Origin: Dipteris shenzhenensis
Taxonomy: Eukaryota
Reading direction: 5' to 3' (one strand)
DNA: 64,000 bases
NCBI GenBank assembly: GCA_047967505.1
Contig: CM106538.1
This document shows positions 61,334 to 64,000 of the stretch, piece by piece. Numbering within the stretch: position 1 is the first letter of the stretch; every line of letters starts with the position of its first letter. Made by a program: the position numbers and the translations under genes. The notes below the pieces were generated by a model. It worked only from the letters and a program-made list of their open reading frames with translations, was not told the DNA's origin and did not search any database.

Positions 61334-64000
61334 TGTGTGGGGGTTAAAGGTCACTGTGCCTTTACCCCGGTTATGTACAATACTGAAACACATATATAAA
61401 TGAATTAAAAAGAAGATTAGGGTGGTTCTGCACCCACCAAAACTTGTGTGTCTCTCTCTCTCCTTCTTCTGTTCTTGCTTTCGTTGAGAGCACTCTCAAC
61501 TAGTATCAGAGCCCAGGTGATTTAGCTGAGCGTGCGTGAATGCTTGAAGCTCAGCAGCTCTGTGGGAGGAAGGAGAAGCTCTGTCGAAAGCTTTGTGGGT
61601 GACTTTACTTGCATCCGAGTGTGTAGAGACCTTGGAGGAACCTTTGGAAAAGTCACTTTGGTTTTGCGAAGTGGTTTTGAGAGCCTGTTAAGTGTTTTCA
61701 AAGAAAAAGTCGTTTTTTGAGCTTTTCCCTGTTCCGTTCGATGACAGAGACTCCATATTGACTTGTAGAGGATACTATTGCTTGCTTTTGGTGTCCACTT
61801 CACTTCAGGAGCTTGGAAACACCTTCATTCTTGAATCTGGGATTATTTCATTGGATTTCTGACTCACTGTATCAGTTTCTGCGTTTTTTGCCTGGGTGTT
61901 GGAACTCAAGTTTGGAGCAACCATTTGCAGATCTGTCAGTTCCGGTGGACTCAGGAGGTCCTAAAACTTCTATGTTGCTCATCATTCGCACTCCGGTGGA
62001 GTTTACAAACAGCTCTATTTCCAAAAACCTTTTTCAGTCCGTGTGTTGGACCTAGTGATTGAGACCACGGTTTCCAAAACCGTCTGTCCCATTGCGTTTC
62101 GGACGCCCAAAAACCCCTACCTGTCAATTCTTGCACGATTCGGTGGAGGATTTTCAGAGTTAGAGATCTCTGTGTATTCGATTTCGTCTCTCTGTTATGA
62201 ATTTTTTCATTCTAAGGTTTTGAAACCTTAGATTTATGCCACATGGCAATGGATAAGTGTTGACTCCCATTTCTCACTCATCGGTTGGGATTTTGGAGTT
62301 CTGGCAGAAGAGAGATATTTGCAGATTTTCTTGCTGAGTCCGATTATGCAATGGTGCCCATGTTTTGAGGCATCTCAAGTTCTATTTTTAGTAGCAGTCA
62401 TTACCGTGGGACTATGATTTCTTGAGCATACCTTATGCAGATCACTCTGGTTGCAATTTGAGCAGTGTGCGCTCATTCGTGGTATGCATTGGGTTGCAGT
62501 GGATGATTTATAGGCCATTTGGATGCATTGCGGTCCTTATTGGATGCGTTGATAGGCCCAAATTGCCTTGTGGGATGCTATTTTTTATGGACCCTTTGCA
62601 CATGTATGCTATTTTATGCTGAGGGACAGCTTTGACACATTGTAGGTGATGCACTGATAGTGCTATGCTCTCTTGGATGAGATATTATTGATGCATATGC
62701 TAGTGGACGGTGTTTATGCTTGAGTCATTTGGCACTTATTGGCATTTTCTTTTGGGCCAGATTTGCTCATATGGATGCATAGTATATGCACATGAGTCAG
62801 ATGCATCTTTTGATACTTTGAGCTTTGAGTTTTGGTGATATTTCACTCTATTGTGGCATACACATTTGGGTGCACCTGGTATTTGGTGTGATTCTCTCTT
62901 GCAGGCACTAGCATTTGTGATTTTGTTTCATTTGCATCATGGCATCCTCTTCCATGTTTGAAAAGGAGTTTTTCAGCATTAAAAAGTTTGATGGGACAAA
63001 CTTTTCTTTGTGGAAAGAACAAATAAGGGATATGCTTATTCAAAAGAAGTAGATTAAACCCTTGGTAGGGATTGAAGCTAAGCCTACAAATATGTCTGAG
63101 GATGATTGGAATGAGTTGGATGAATTAGCAAAGTCTACTATTAGACTTCATCTTGCAGAGTCAGTTTATTTCATAGTAGTAAATGAGCAGACTACGGAAG
63201 ATTTGTGGAAGAAACTGTGTGCCACTTATGAGAAGAAAATTGCCTCTAATAAAGTTTACCTCATGAAGAGGTTGTTTGATCTGCAGATGAAGGAAGGGGT
63301 CTCCATTGCTTCTCACTTGAATGAATTCAATATTATTTTCAGCCAGCTTCAGGCTCAGAAGATGAATTTTGATGTGGAGACTAAGGCAATATTTCTCTTA
63401 TGTTCATTGCCATCCTCATGGGATACCTTCCGTATAGCTGTCAGTAACTCTGCACATGGTGGAGTACTGAAATATGATGATGTTGTGGGTAGCTTGTTGG
63501 CCGAGGAGATTAGACGGAAGTCTATGGATGGCAACAAGCAGGATGCAGCTTTAAATGTGCAGAGGGGCAGATCACAGTTCATGGGGAAGTCCCAAGAAAG
63601 AGGGAAGTCACGTAGCAAATCCAGGGCACGAAACATTGAGTGTTACCACTGTGGCAAGAAGGGCCATATGAAAAAGGATTGCTACAAGCTAAAAAGAGAG
63701 CAAAAGGATAAGAAAAAGAATGCAAATTGGGGTGCAAATCAAAAGGAAGAGAGTCCAAGGGAGGACAAAGGAAAAGTGAAGATCGAGGAGATCAATGCAG
63801 TCACACATGATAGTGACAATGACGTTCTCTTCATGTCTAGTTTATCTGTAGAGTTGCTTACCACTTCAGATGATGCATATTCCCAGGATTGGATTTTGGA
63901 TTCTGGTGCTTCATTCCATGTTACTCCCCATAGGGAATGGTTCTCCACTTATGACAGTGGAAAGACAAGTTGTGTGCATCTTGGAAATGACTATGCATGT
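61334..64000 (+). mobile_element. Ty1/Copia (Tnt1/Tork-like) element, 5' part, runs off the window
   Basis: Short LTR ~61334-61498 (left boundary uncertain) with TATATAAA; PBS TAGTATCAGAGCC at 61501-61513 (one mismatch to iMet); ~1.4-kb leader; gag-protease. Confidence 0.85.
62939..64000 (+). pseudogene. Copia gag-protease (not in the ORF track); one in-frame TAG at 63050-63052
   Basis: MASSSMFEKEFFSIKKFDGTNFSLWKEQIRDMLIQKK*IKPL...AKSTIRLHLAESV...LLCSLPSSWDTF...CYHCGKKGHMKKDC...WILDSGASFHVTPHREWF. Confidence 0.9.

Overview
Eukaryotic, land-plant-type genomic DNA. A large-genome lineage such as a fern is plausible, but that is inference from the element families only. The window is almost entirely nested, decayed transposons around one intact intronless gene. 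Left to right: (1) a full-length but dead minus-strand Ty3/Gypsy chromovirus (443-9465, TSD ACTGT) carrying a younger non-autonomous LTR element (2019-4505, TSD CTTAC); (2) a long-inverted-repeat element (~10647-12798); (3) the 3' half of a Gypsy element (12960-17013) interrupted by a TRIM (13162-15077, TSD TCCTA); (4) a fold-back hairpin with a rearranged core (18424-18872); (5) a full-length dead Ty1/Copia (20205-27541, TSD ATGGG); (6) Copia and hAT remnants; (7) an intact PIF/Harbinger transposase-like (HARBI1/ALP1-type) ORF at 37981-39486 in a CpG-retaining island, the best candidate for a domesticated host gene; (8) low-complexity and hairpin DNA; (9) two related Athila-like Gypsy copies fused tail-to-tail at ~53640; (10) a Tnt1/Tork-like Copia running off the right edge. 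I found no rRNA, tRNA or CRISPR features. All alignments and counts were done by eye.
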